This document shows, in pieces, positions 18,553 through 28,671 of a stretch of 58,979 bases of DNA. The position numbers were made by a program, and so were the translations under genes. This DNA is from an uncultured beta proteobacterium (lineage in GTDB: Bacteria; Pseudomonadota; Gammaproteobacteria; Burkholderiales; Casimicrobiaceae). The stretch is from the NCBI GenBank assembly GCA_903912485.1, contig CAIWHR010000076.1, forward strand, positions 1-58,979. Direction: 5' to 3'. The notes under the pieces were generated by a model. That model ran no database searches, was not told the DNA's origin, and saw only the letters and a list, made by a program, of their open reading frames with translations. Position 1 is the first letter of the stretch. The number at the start of each line of letters is the position of its first letter.

Positions 18553-21500
18553 GCTGCCTCCTTCGCAGAACTGCGGGTGAAGAGTCGATCGAGGGCTTCG
18601 ATCAACGCGCGCGGAGGACGGTCGGCGTGCAGGCCGCAACCGGGCGCCTGGCTGCCCCGCAGGTAGAGGTAGATGGCGCCGCCGATGTGCTGGTCGTAGT
18701 CGTACCCGGGCAACCGCAGCCGCAGCAGGCGATGCAATGCCAACAGGTAGAGCACGTACTGCAGATCGTAGCGATGGCTCAGGACGTCCTTCGCCATCGC
18801 CTCGACTGAATAGGCGGCATCGTCCTGGCCGAGGCGATTCGACTTGTAGTCGAGCACGTAATAGAGCCCCTCGTGCTCAACGATCAGGTCGATGAAGCCC
18901 TTGAGCATGCCGTTGAGCTGCCCCCTCTTCAGTGCTGGCCGATCGGCACCGACCTGAATGTGGCGACAGACCAGATCATCGAGTTGGCGCAGATCAACCT
19001 CGTCCACCGCCACCCAGAATTCCATCTCGGCGACGACGCGATCGGCGCTGGTCTGGGCCAGCGTGAATGGCGGCTGGTTCGTCAACGGCATTTGCAGGAA
19101 ATGCTGCGCCCACTTCGCCAGCGGTTCGATCCAGCGCTCCCAGCCGCGGACCGCGCAGCGCCGGGCGATGGTTTCGCGCAGCCAAACGGGATCGACAGCG
19201 ACTTGGCCGAAGCCCTGGTCGGCCATCCGTTCGAGGAGGCTGTGAAAGAAGAGGCCGGCGGAGGCTCCGCCCGGGAAGTCGTGCAGCAGGCCGACGGAGG
19301 GCCGGGCCGCTACCGCGACGAGCGGGGTCGCTGGAGTAACCGGCGGCGTAACGGACTCTGCCGCGGCCGCCTCGCGGTACTGGTCTTCCTCCGGTGTCTC
19401 GGCGCTGCCCAAGGCGACGGGTGTGGCTTCGGTGGATAGCGCCGAATAGCTGGCGATCCACCAGTGCTCCGGCACCGTGCGGATGGGTACGCGAGCGCTG
19501 CCCTCCCGGGCGAGCTGCGCAACACCCCGGAACCTATCGCTGTGGACGGAGGGCAAATCGACGACCGTGATTTCGGGATGACCATTGGCCAAGGTATCGA
19601 CACCACTCTGCGCGTCCCCGCCGATCAGGTAGCCGAAAGCGCTGCGCTCGAGTTCATTGACCGGCGCCACGCCGAGCCACGTGGCATAGCGGGCGCGCGT
19701 CACCGCGACGTAGAACTTGCGCAGATCCTCGCCGAGTCGCTCGCGATCGGCACGACTCACGACAGTGTCATCATTCACCAGCTCGACGTGCAACGCGCCC
19801 GTGCCGTCGTGCCACTTGAGCGCATGGTCCTCGGCCTTGATTGCCCGGAACGCGCAGGCGAACGGCAGGAATACCAGCGGGTATTCGAGCCCCTTGGACT
19901 TGTGGATGGTGATGACCTGGACCAGGTCCGCATCGCTTTCCAGGCGGATCTGGCTGCCCTCCCCGCCTTCGTTCTCGTCGTTGCGTTGTTCAGCGAGGTA
20001 ACGAATCAGCGCGTGTTCGCCGTCGAGCAGCGTGCTCACCTGCTGCAGCAGTTCGGCCAGATGCAGCACATCGGTCAGGCTGCGCTCGCCCGAGCCGCCC
20101 TGTGCAAGCAGGCGGGTCGGGACCGCGAAGTCATGGAGCAGGCGCCGCAGCATCGGCAGCACCCCTTGTCGCCGCCAGCACTCGCGGTAGCCGCGAAACT
20201 GCAGCACGGCGTCGTCCCACGCGATCTCCTCGTGGTTGAGCCGGTCCAGCGCCGCCCAGCCAAGCCCAAGTGTGGTGGTCGCCATCGCCGCGCGCAGCGC
20301 GCGACCGTCGTCGGGTTCCGCACAGGCAGTGAGCCACAGCTGCAGGTCGAAGGCCTCCGGCCGCTGGAACACGGAATCCCGGTCGGACAGGTACACGCTG
20401 CGCACGTTCCGGTCGGCCAGGGCCCGGCGGATCAGGTTCGCCTCGGTCCCGGTATTCACCAGCACCGCCATGTCGGCGGGGCGCAGCGCGCGCATTGTGT
20501 CTTCGCCCGCAAAGCCGGCCTGATTATCGTGACCGAGGTTCAGCAGCCGCACCATCTCACTGGCGCAGATGTCGGCCATCACGTCGCGGTAGGCGGTCTT
20601 GCTCATCGGTTCGCCATTCTCCGGCATCGGCAGGCGCCAAACAGTCATGGCCGCCACAGCCGCACCCTCGGCGGTCAGCGCATCCTGGCGTCCGTTCGCG
20701 GTCGCCGCGACGAAGTGCACCGGGTCGTCGCCGTCGCGACGAAACTGGAACGCGCCCTCCCCCGCCCGGCACTCCGCCATTTCGAAGCAGCGATTGCTCG
20801 CCGCGACCTGCGCGTGGGTCGAGCGGAAATTGCAGCTCAAGGTGTACTGCCGTCCCGGGGTCTTCTTGCGCGCCTCCAGATAGGTGTAGATGTCGGCCCC
20901 GCGAAAGGCGTAGATCGCCTGCTTCGGATCGCCGATGAGCACGATCGCCGTACCCTGGTCGTTGTCCTCGACCTGGTAGACAGCGTTGAAGATCCGGTAC
21001 TGGATGGCATCGGTATCCTGGAACTCGTCGATCATCGCGACCGGAAACTGAGTCCGGATCGTCGCCGCCAATCGAGCGCCGTTCGGCCCCGCCAGCGCCG
21101 CGTCGAGCCGCGTGAGGAGCTCGTTGAAACCCATCTGGGCAAGGCGTTCCTGCGCCGCGGCAAAGCGCTTCACCACCTCGTGCGCGGCGTGGCAGAGGAT
21201 GTCGTTGCGGGCGGTCGGCAGTGCAGCCAGCTGTGGACGCAAGGCGGCAAGGGCCGCGAAAGCGGGATGCGCGGGCGGCGTGCCGACCGTCCAGATCTCG
21301 GCGATGCCCTCGGGCGAAAGGCGCCACCAGGCGGCATCCGTCAGGACCAGCGGAGCGAACCCCGGATCTTCGGCCCAGGCCTTGATAGCGTCCAACCAAT
21401 TGCCGCGGTTCCGGCTGTTGAGCTTCTGGCCGCTGAACAGCTTCTTGCTCTGGGAATCATCGAAGAGCTGGCGAAGTTCGTTGCACCACTGCAGCCAGGG

Positions 21501-22208
21501 CGCCTTCAGCGGATTGAGTTGACGCAGCGTCTCTCGCTTCGCCGCGGCAATGGCCACCACCGGGGCTGCCGCCGGCGCCAACAGCTTCGCATGCGGCAGC
21601 AGACGCTCGATTTCGTCCAGCAACGCAGCCGGCGACTTCCACCACTCCCACACTTCCTTGGCTGCTTCCGCGTCCAGCGGGTACATGAAGGCACGCCAGT
21701 AATCGCGGGCGACTTCCCTGAGCAACTCCTTCTGGTCGGGCTCGAGCCGCTGCGTGAACAGCGCGTCGCTGTCGAAGGCATGCTCGCGCAGCATGCGGTT
21801 GCACCAGCCGTGGATGGTGGACACGGCCGCCTCGTCCATCCACTCGGCGGCGAGCTGCAGTTTGCGCGCGCAAGCCGGCCAGGCGTCGGATGGGTATTGC
21901 GCGCGGAGGTCGCGCAGGAAGTCGTCAACCGCGCTCAGGCTCACGCCGCCACTGAAGTAGCGGGCGGCCTCGGCCAGCCGGGCGCGGATGCGGTCGCGCA
22001 ACTCCTTGGTCGCAGCGTCGGTGAAGGTGACGACCAGGATCTCCGGCGGCGTCAGCGATCGGGGGAACGCCGCATCGCCGCCGTGACCGAGGACCAGCCG
22101 CAAGTAGAGCGCGGCGATGGTCCAGGTCTTGCCGGTGCCGGCGCTGGCCTCGATCAGGCGGCTGCCGCGCAGGGGAAACTCGAGCGGGTCGAGCGATGTC
22201 GCGGTCAT
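18549..22208 (-). CDS. recB: RecB, exodeoxyribonuclease V beta subunit
   Basis: 1219 aa. UvrD-type helicase N-terminus (IEASAGTGKTWTIAALYLRL) and C-terminal PD-(D/E)xK nuclease (GFIDLIVEHEGLYYVLDYKSN). Overlaps the recC stop and the recD start. Confidence 0.92.
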   Translation of the reverse strand: MTATSLDPLEFPLRGSRLIEASAGTGKTWTIAALYLRLVLGHGGDAAFPRSLTPPEILVVTFTDAATKELRDRIRARLAEAARYFSGGVSLSAVDDFLRDLRAQYPSDAWPACARKLQLAAEWMDEAAVSTIHGWCNRMLREHAFDSDALFTQRLEPDQKELLREVARDYWRAFMYPLDAEAAKEVWEWWKSPAALLDEIERLLPHAKLLAPAAAPVVAIAAAKRETLRQLNPLKAPWLQWCNELRQLFDDSQSKKLFSGQKLNSRNRGNWLDAIKAWAEDPGFAPLVLTDAAWWRLSPEGIAEIWTVGTPPAHPAFAALAALRPQLAALPTARNDILCHAAHEVVKRFAAAQERLAQMGFNELLTRLDAALAGPNGARLAATIRTQFPVAMIDEFQDTDAIQYRIFNAVYQVEDNDQGTAIVLIGDPKQAIYAFRGADIYTYLEARKKTPGRQYTLSCNFRSTHAQVAASNRCFEMAECRAGEGAFQFRRDGDDPVHFVAATANGRQDALTAEGAAVAAMTVWRLPMPENGEPMSKTAYRDVMADICASEMVRLLNLGHDNQAGFAGEDTMRALRPADMAVLVNTGTEANLIRRALADRNVRSVYLSDRDSVFQRPEAFDLQLWLTACAEPDDGRALRAAMATTTLGLGWAALDRLNHEEIAWDDAVLQFRGYRECWRRQGVLPMLRRLLHDFAVPTRLLAQGGSGERSLTDVLHLAELLQQVSTLLDGEHALIRYLAEQRNDENEGGEGSQIRLESDADLVQVITIHKSKGLEYPLVFLPFACAFRAIKAEDHALKWHDGTGALHVELVNDDTVVSRADRERLGEDLRKFYVAVTRARYATWLGVAPVNELERSAFGYLIGGDAQSGVDTLANGHPEITVVDLPSVHSDRFRGVAQLAREGSARVPIRTVPEHWWIASYSALSTEATPVALGSAETPEEDQYREAAAAESVTPPVTPATPLVAVAARPSVGLLHDFPGGASAGLFFHSLLERMADQGFGQVAVDPVWLRETIARRCAVRGWERWIEPLAKWAQHFLQMPLTNQPPFTLAQTSADRVVAEMEFWVAVDEVDLRQLDDLVCRHIQVGADRPALKRGQLNGMLKGFIDLIVEHEGLYYVLDYKSNRLGQDDAAYSVEAMAKDVLSHRYDLQYVLYLLALHRLLRLRLPGYDYDQHIGGAIYLYLRGSQAPGCGLHADRPPRALIEALDRLFTRSSAKEAA

Positions 22209-25200
22209 GCCGTGACTCCTTCGAGTGGGTCGTTTTCCTTCCCCTTGCCCTTGGTCGCAATGAACAGCGCACCGAGCAGGTCCGTCGCCAGGGCTTCGAA
22301 TTCGCCGCCCGCGGTCAGCGTCTCGTAGTCGGGCCAGGTGCGCTGCAGATAGCGGCTCGATCCGACTTCACCGTCAGTGTTGTAGCCGCCCTCGTAGGTG
22401 CTCCGACCCTTGTCCGGATCCTCCAGCCACGCGAACGCCGTCTTCACCGCCAGCGGCAACGGACGGCACATCCCCTTGTTCCAGGCAGCGAGCAGCGTTT
22501 CGATCTTCGCGCGGGCGACATCGGAATTCAGCGGCTCGAGCTGGACGTCGCCAGCCTTGCTGACGACCAGCGTCGTCATCGGTTCGCCCCCAAGATGGCC
22601 CGCGAGATGCGCGACCCAGTGTTTGATCAGGTGGTGGCGCTGGCATTTCCTGTTCTTGAACGCGTCGCTGGTCAGGAGCACCACCCGGCCACGCCTGCCA
22701 CTCGCATCGCAACGCAGGTCGCGCAGCCAGTCGACGATCTCCAACCCGGCGACGGCGCTGTGGTAGCGCACCTCCTCATCGTGCAGGTTCGGCGTCGGCC
22801 ACGCGGCCAGACCCTCGAGGTAGCGATCGAACATGTTCGCCATCGGCTTTTCGAGCTCGGCGGCCATGAATCCACCAAACGAACCCGCGGCGAGCTGCCC
22901 TCGTCGCGCCAGGCCCTTGAGGCCCGCGGCCAGCGTGTCTTCCCGCGAGCCGCCGGCGGCGAGCGCCTCAGCCTGGTCGGCGATCAGTTCGTTCCACAGC
23001 GCCCACTTCTGCAGACCGTCCAGCGCAAACGGCTCCTGGTCGTCCCCGGCCGGATCGTCGATGTCGAACGAGACCTTCAATCGGCTCCGAAAGAAGGCTT
23101 TCACCGGATCCTTCAGAAAGTTGCCGAGATCGGCAAGGTTCAACGACTCGGTGCGTGCCATCGGCTCAAGTTTGGCCGGCATGAGTGGGACGGCTCCCAC
23201 GGAAACGCGGTCGGGGCTGCGCCATTCCCGGGCGTAGGTGAAGAGCGCCGAGCCCTCCGGAGTCGGCGGAAAGTAGGCCGGACTGAACGGCTGCAGCCGA
23301 TGGGCGACGGTCAGCATGTCGAGCAGCGCGCCGACTTCGCTCTCGTGCCCGGCAAGGCGCCAGCCCGCGGCCAGATGATCACGCAGCTGCCCGACCAGCA
23401 CCGACGGCGGCCGCACCGTGTTGTCGGTGATCGACCGCCCGACCCACGAGATCAGCAGGCGCTCGCGCGCCGACAGCAGCGCTTCGAGGAACAGGTAGCG
23501 ATCGTCCTCGCGCCGGGACCGATCGCCCGGGCGGTAGTCGTGACCCATCAGGTCGAAGTCCATCGGCACCCGCGTGCGCGGGTAATCGCCGTCGTTCAAG
23601 CCCAGGAGACAAACCTGGCGGAACGGGATGGCGCGCATCGGCATGAGCGTGGCGAAGGTCACCGCACCGGCGAAGAAGCGCCGCGTCAGGCCGCCCTCCT
23701 CGAGCTGGGCAAGCCAGTGTTCGCCCATCACCGTCAGCGGCAGCGGGTCCTCCAGCCTCCCTTGGGTACACGCGTCCAGCCAGCGGGTGAGCGCCTGGTC
23801 GAGCCGCTGCAGGGTATAGGCATCGGCCTCCTCTTCCGCGAGGAAGAAGTCCGCCAGCAGCGATCGCAGCCGGGCACACCACTCGGTCGGCGTGGCCTCC
23901 GTGCGGAACAGCGCCCAGGCGGCGTCCAGGCGATCGAGCAATTGCACCAGCGGCCCGAGCGCGGCCGCATCGAGACCGCCGATCTCGTCGAACGGCTCGA
24001 TGTCGTGCCAGGCGCCACCGGTGGCGCCGGTCGCATAGCCGAGCAGCATGCGCTTCAAGCCGAATTGCCAGCTGTTGGCCTCGGGCGCGTCGGGCAGGTC
24101 GAGACTTTTGCGATGCCGGGCGTGCAGGCCCCAGCGCACCTGCGCGCCGCGGATCCAGCGCTGCAGCAGAGGCAGGTCGTGGTCCGCGATCGCGAACCGG
24201 GCACGCAGTGCGGGCACCTCGATCAGGTCGAGGACATCGCTCGCCGCCAGGCGCGAGTTGGGCAGCTCGAGCAGCTTGGCCAGCGCATTCACCAGCGGGT
24301 CGTGGTGACGCTGGCCCTGGTCGGCAATGCTGAACGGGATGAAGCGCCGATCTTCGCGGTCGATGAGACCAAAGACAGCCTCGATATGCGGCGTGTAGGC
24401 CTCGATGTCCGGGACCATGACCACCACCTCGCGAGGGCGCAGCGTCGGATCGGCGTTGAACGCCGCCAGCAAATGGTCGTGGAGGATCTCCACTTCCCGT
24501 TGCGGGCTGTGAGCGATATGGAACCGGATCGAGAGGTCGTCTGGCGCGACCGCAGGCCAGTGCGCCTTCGATTCCGCGAGCGGGCGCAGATCGCGGATGT
24601 CGTCCTGCAACTGGTTGAGCAGGCAGTCCGTGCCGGGGCTGGCAAAGAGATCGATGCGCTGCTGGATCTCGGCAAAGTGCTGCCTGTAGCTCGCGCGTTC
24701 CGCCGCGCTGTCGTGCTCGTCGAGGAGGCCGATGAAGTCGCGCCCCTGCTTGCCCCAGGCGGCGAGCAGCGGATGCGCGTGCAGGTGCAGGTTCTCCGCA
24801 GCGATCACGGCCGGCCCCTGAGCGCGGCGTTGTTGCCGGAACTCGGTGGCACGCAGCAACTCCCGGTCGGGGACGATGTCCGCCCAGTAGTGCTCGCAGG
24901 GGTTGTGCACGCACATCAGGACCTGGCTCCAGCGCGCCACGGCCGCGAGAACTTCGAGTGATTGCCGCGGTAAGGCCGAGATGCCAAAGACCATAAGCCG
25001 TCGCGGCAGTCCGGCCGGACTTTCGGTGCCGGGGCGACCTTCAGCGTCATCCGCGATCTTCCGCAGGAACGCGGCATGGACCGCCGCCCGCCCGTTGCGG
25101 GAGATCCCTGCACCGCCATCGCTCGCCACATCGACGAGCAGCGCCTGCCACAGGCTGGCCTGCCAGCGCTGCTCTACCGGCAGTGGACGCCGCGCGCCCT

Positions 25201-25729
25201 TGGCATCGATCAGCACGTCGTCGCCCGCCTGCCAAGCCTCCAGCCAGTCGGCACGATAGACCTGATACTGGTCGAACAGGTCAGCCAACCGCTCCGCCAA
25301 CTGGGAACGCTTGCGCCGGTCAGCATCGCTTTCGAGGAACCGCGCGAGCGGGGCGTACTCCGGATTTTTGAGAAGCACCGGCAATAGCCGCATCAGCCGC
25401 CATGTCAGCAGCGACTTGTCGAATGCTGAGGTTTCCGGTACCTCACCACGCCCAAGCACGGCGCGATAGATGCGCCACAGGAACGTCGACGGCAGGACAA
25501 ATTCGATCGCCGCCGCGATGCCACAGCCGCCATCAAGCCCAGCGCCGGGATCAGCCGCCAGTCCAAGGCGCAGCCACTGCGCCACGCCATTGCTCTGCAC
25601 GAGCACCGTCTCGCGCTCCAGCGGGGCGACCGGGTAGCGCCGCATCCAGGTGACCACCAGCTCGCGCAGTTGTTCAGGGTGATTGCCATGCACCAGCATC
25701 AGGCCGGTGGGCAGCTCAATCGTGGTCAA
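22205..25729 (-). CDS. recC: RecC, exodeoxyribonuclease V gamma subunit
   Basis: TTG start with GAGGAG 6 nt upstream; 1174 aa. The N-terminus lines up with E. coli RecC as I remember it (VLVQSNGVAQWL, ADLFDQYQVYRADWL). Gene order is recC-recB-recD. Confidence 0.9.
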   Translation of the reverse strand: MTTIELPTGLMLVHGNHPEQLRELVVTWMRRYPVAPLERETVLVQSNGVAQWLRLGLAADPGAGLDGGCGIAAAIEFVLPSTFLWRIYRAVLGRGEVPETSAFDKSLLTWRLMRLLPVLLKNPEYAPLARFLESDADRRKRSQLAERLADLFDQYQVYRADWLEAWQAGDDVLIDAKGARRPLPVEQRWQASLWQALLVDVASDGGAGISRNGRAAVHAAFLRKIADDAEGRPGTESPAGLPRRLMVFGISALPRQSLEVLAAVARWSQVLMCVHNPCEHYWADIVPDRELLRATEFRQQRRAQGPAVIAAENLHLHAHPLLAAWGKQGRDFIGLLDEHDSAAERASYRQHFAEIQQRIDLFASPGTDCLLNQLQDDIRDLRPLAESKAHWPAVAPDDLSIRFHIAHSPQREVEILHDHLLAAFNADPTLRPREVVVMVPDIEAYTPHIEAVFGLIDREDRRFIPFSIADQGQRHHDPLVNALAKLLELPNSRLAASDVLDLIEVPALRARFAIADHDLPLLQRWIRGAQVRWGLHARHRKSLDLPDAPEANSWQFGLKRMLLGYATGATGGAWHDIEPFDEIGGLDAAALGPLVQLLDRLDAAWALFRTEATPTEWCARLRSLLADFFLAEEEADAYTLQRLDQALTRWLDACTQGRLEDPLPLTVMGEHWLAQLEEGGLTRRFFAGAVTFATLMPMRAIPFRQVCLLGLNDGDYPRTRVPMDFDLMGHDYRPGDRSRREDDRYLFLEALLSARERLLISWVGRSITDNTVRPPSVLVGQLRDHLAAGWRLAGHESEVGALLDMLTVAHRLQPFSPAYFPPTPEGSALFTYAREWRSPDRVSVGAVPLMPAKLEPMARTESLNLADLGNFLKDPVKAFFRSRLKVSFDIDDPAGDDQEPFALDGLQKWALWNELIADQAEALAAGGSREDTLAAGLKGLARRGQLAAGSFGGFMAAELEKPMANMFDRYLEGLAAWPTPNLHDEEVRYHSAVAGLEIVDWLRDLRCDASGRRGRVVLLTSDAFKNRKCQRHHLIKHWVAHLAGHLGGEPMTTLVVSKAGDVQLEPLNSDVARAKIETLLAAWNKGMCRPLPLAVKTAFAWLEDPDKGRSTYEGGYNTDGEVGSSRYLQRTWPDYETLTAGGEFEALATDLLGALFIATKGKGKENDPLEGVTA

Positions 25730-25805
25730 GACAGGCTCCTCAATGGATCAGAATGTAATGAGAACACAACTAAGCGACACATGTTGTCGCGCCGGGTTTC
25801 CCCGC

Positions 25806-26162
25806 TCAGCAGAAGCCAATCGCAGCCTTTGCCCCGCCCTTGATCCCACACTCGCCGGCCAGCGCACCAACCCAGTCAGCGACGGACCGACGTTCCCGAA
25901 ACCGGTGTTGACGCGCCACAGCGGCGAAGTCACCCGGCGTGAGCTTGGTCAGCGCCGCAAGCGCCGGTGCCTGGCTGGCTGTCGGTGCCTCGAGTCCCTG
26001 CACCTCGCAGTGGCGCTGCAACAGCGCCCACGCCTGTTCCGTCCGCAGGAAGTCGGACTTGACCTTCAGGTCGAAGCGCCGGAGCGAAGCCTGGTCGAGC
26101 CCATCCATCAAATTGGTCGAGGCGACAAATATCCCGGGGAACGACTCCATGAGGGCGGCCAA
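25806..26162 (-). pseudogene. C-terminal fragment of a classic AAA+ ATPase
   Basis: FLAALMESFPGIFVASTNLMDGLDQASLRRFDLKVKSDF is the sensor/arginine-finger end of an AAA module plus a lid domain. No Walker A or B upstream. Similarity stops near 26170 at a stop codon. Confidence 0.6.
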
Positions 26163-26246
26163 GAACCGCTAGATCGGCAACGGAGCGCGTCACTTCTTGG
26201 TGTGTGGTACATCTCTTTTCTCACTTGTTGCCACTTTCTGCGGCTG

Positions 26247-26268
26247 AGTGTCCCACCAGTGTCCCACG
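26247..26268. repeat. tandem 11-bp direct repeat AGTGTCCCAC(C/G) x2
   Basis: Read directly: agtgtcccacc agtgtcccacg. Lies just inside the junction next to the truncated AAA+ gene. Confidence 0.6.
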
Positions 26269-26369
26269 GACTACCCGATCCGACTTGTTCAGGGGTTCGC
26301 CGAAGTTCCGGAGGAGCTTCACGATACCGAGCCGACCAGTCGCAATGTCTCAACAAGTCGTTCTCTGAC

Positions 26370-27587
26370 TCAATTTGCCCTGTTCTCCCTTGCCGCCCTA
26401 TAAATCGAGAGCAGATCGGGGGGGTCATCTGCGAGTGCCAAGCATCCTGGCTGAATATCAACGCGATTGGCACTCAGAACCCGTGGCCTGCACTCGAGTG
26501 TACTCACGCGATTCGGAAGCGTACCGGCAGAATATGGGAGCACAATCGACTTCAGATCAGAGGGTGGCGCTCGATCGGGTTGAATCCACCTTGGTTCAGC
26601 TCTCTTGAGCAGATCCTGTACGTGGATGTTGCCTCCGCTGAGTTCCTGAACAAGAAGGCGATACGAGTTCTCGTCAATCGCCAGTCGATCCCCAGCCAAG
26701 ACGCTATGCCTCTTCGCCAACGCGCTTGCGAGTCGGCACACCACAAACCCGGCGAGCGCCCCAAAGCCAAAAGCGGATGAAGCGGAAAATAAGGCTCCAA
26801 TTGTTCCGCTGCGTGCCGCATTCATCGCAGCGGCACTCAAGCTCTCCCCCGCCAGACCGTAGGCGACACCAAAGCCAAGCAATGCGGATGCGCCACCCGC
26901 ACCGAGGAAGTCCAGGGGGTCGACGTAAACAGAAAACGTCTGCCATGTCGAAACCAACCCAGCCAAGACATTCTGCAATCCGCCAGCAAGCAACAGAGGG
27001 TTCTGTGTGGTTATTGCCAGACCAAGCTGTGCGCTGCCCATCCCGAACGTCTGGCACGCTGTGCCAAAATCCATCGACAGCGCCCCATGCATGGCTTGAA
27101 CGAGTGTCGATGACCCGTCGGCAAAGGCAAATATGCCCACCCCGGAGTCGAACAGGCTGAGTTGTAGCCAACCACTCGAGATCCCAGCCCGCTCCAGTAG
27201 GTGCCCAAGTCCAGAGTGAGAAAAGCCGGGGATTGGAATCCCCGCCTTGGTGGGAAAGTCGGTAAAGATGACATGTCCAGCGTGCCTCAACCCCTCAAAC
27301 GGTCCGTGCGAGTTGAACGTTGCGGGAATGTCCCGCAGCAAATCGTGCCCAGCTCTGTACCTGTGACCGAGACCGGCTGCGCTGTCGGCAATCTTGTTGG
27401 TTGCGAGGTGCGGAAACATCCCGTCCACGAAATTGCGCAACTCCGCTGCTGGAATGTGGAGATAGGCCACCTGCGCCGGAACCACGAGGAGCTGACCGGT
27501 TAGCAAAGCGCCATCAGTACCTCCGGTCTGAGCAAGACCGTAGGCGACGTCGCCAAGATCGCCAATGTCCTTATGTCTTGGATTCAC
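26370..27587 (-). CDS. hypothetical glycine/alanine-rich membrane protein
   Basis: 405-aa ORF in a stretch that looks lower in GC. The central ~200 aa contain repeated small-residue hydrophobic segments (GVGIFAFADG, LLAGGLQNVLAGLV, GAGGASALLGFGVAYGLAG, SSAFGFGALAGFVV). Start overlaps the upstream gene by 17 nt. Confidence 0.6.
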   Translation of the reverse strand: MNPRHKDIGDLGDVAYGLAQTGGTDGALLTGQLLVVPAQVAYLHIPAAELRNFVDGMFPHLATNKIADSAAGLGHRYRAGHDLLRDIPATFNSHGPFEGLRHAGHVIFTDFPTKAGIPIPGFSHSGLGHLLERAGISSGWLQLSLFDSGVGIFAFADGSSTLVQAMHGALSMDFGTACQTFGMGSAQLGLAITTQNPLLLAGGLQNVLAGLVSTWQTFSVYVDPLDFLGAGGASALLGFGVAYGLAGESLSAAAMNAARSGTIGALFSASSAFGFGALAGFVVCRLASALAKRHSVLAGDRLAIDENSYRLLVQELSGGNIHVQDLLKRAEPRWIQPDRAPPSDLKSIVLPYSAGTLPNRVSTLECRPRVLSANRVDIQPGCLALADDPPDLLSIYRAARENRAN

Positions 27588-28452
27588 TGTTCAGCACTTG
27601 GACTAGCGTGTGTTCATGCTGAGCCCAGATCGCATCGACTGCGCGATTGCTCGAATTCTTCAGTACGCGCACGAAGCGCTCTGTGTCTGTATGCTTGTTG
27701 CTCGTTGTGGCGAAGTACGCGGCGATTGCAGCGATGGTGACCCCAGCGATCACCCATCCAATCGGCCCCGCCATCGATGTGCCGACGAAAAATGCAGAGA
27801 CACTCGCAACTATCCCTGCTCCCCATCCCAGCGCACCTCCCACGCCGGCGATCACCATTCCGATGCCCGCTGCACCACCGCCCACACCGACGGCTGTCTT
27901 GAGAAGTCTCTCGCGCTCCTCCGAAGATGGCGCCAGAAGCGCCTCGCTGAGGCCGCAAGCCGCCTCGACCTGGGGAGGCGCAATACCGAGAGCGCTCTTG
28001 AACACGTTACGCACTGATCCGGTCAGGATCTGCCCGTCAACATAGGTTAGGAAGCGATCGGCATCGGTCTTCCCTCGCATGATTTCGGCGAACTTGACAT
28101 CGATCGTGCTCTCCAGTGCACCTTTGAATCGTCCACAGTTTTGCTCGGAGCCGGACTTCGGGAGAGGCTTCGTAGTGCCGAAACCGCCGGCCATGTCATT
28201 TACGGAGTCCGCATCCTTCTGCTCCTTCGACTTCATAAGCTCCTTGCCCTGCTCAGCGGCGACTTCAACTGAGGCAACCACTTTGTCCCGCAGCTTGAAG
28301 AACGCGGCTTGGAGGTCTCCAACGCCGAACTTGCCATCACCACCGACACTTCCGAACGGCATCGCTACCGGTGCGACAATCGGCGCCCCACAGCCGATGC
28401 AAGCTGGCGCCTTGTCAGAAACATCTCGACCGCACTCGTTGCACTTGATCAT
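27571..28452 (-). CDS. Zn-ribbon protein with C-terminal glycine-zipper transmembrane segments
   Basis: MIKCNECGRDVSDKAPACIGCGAPI (CxxC..CxxC ribbon), a charged helical middle, then GVGGGAAGIGMVIAGVGGALGWGAGIVASV and GPIGWVIAGVTIAAIAAYF. Alternative GTG start at 28482. Confidence 0.65.
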   Translation of the reverse strand: MIKCNECGRDVSDKAPACIGCGAPIVAPVAMPFGSVGGDGKFGVGDLQAAFFKLRDKVVASVEVAAEQGKELMKSKEQKDADSVNDMAGGFGTTKPLPKSGSEQNCGRFKGALESTIDVKFAEIMRGKTDADRFLTYVDGQILTGSVRNVFKSALGIAPPQVEAACGLSEALLAPSSEERERLLKTAVGVGGGAAGIGMVIAGVGGALGWGAGIVASVSAFFVGTSMAGPIGWVIAGVTIAAIAAYFATTSNKHTDTERFVRVLKNSSNRAVDAIWAQHEHTLVQVLNSESKT

Positions 28453-28485
28453 GGCCACCAGTTCACCCCCTTCGCGATTCACCCG

Positions 28486-28671
28486 TTAGCAAGACGACTT
28501 GACCCCTGACTTCACGAGCAGCCACCGCTGTGCCAAACCTCCGGCAAGCCCGACAATCGCGACATCGCGACTCGCAAGGCCATGCTCAACCCCTTGAACC
28601 ATCCCGCATACGTCCTCCGAGATTCGCAAGAGTTGCAGCCACGCCACAACCAACATCGATGGATAGAACAT
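28486..28671 (-). CDS. small hypothetical protein (61 aa)
   Basis: ATG preceded by GAGGAAAGGG. Ends 4 nt before the alternative GTG of the Zn-ribbon gene. No recognisable motif. Confidence 0.35.
   Translation of the reverse strand: MFYPSMLVVAWLQLLRISEDVCGMVQGVEHGLASRDVAIVGLAGGLAQRWLLVKSGVKSSC

Noticed and set aside
19464-24961. Very long plus-strand ORFs (954 aa at 19464-22328, 921 aa at 22196-24961) antisense to recB and recC
   Set aside because: The translations are Arg/Gly/Pro/Ala-rich with no motifs. They fully overlap genes with unambiguous RecB/RecC motifs. This is the usual antisense-ORF artefact of GC-rich DNA.
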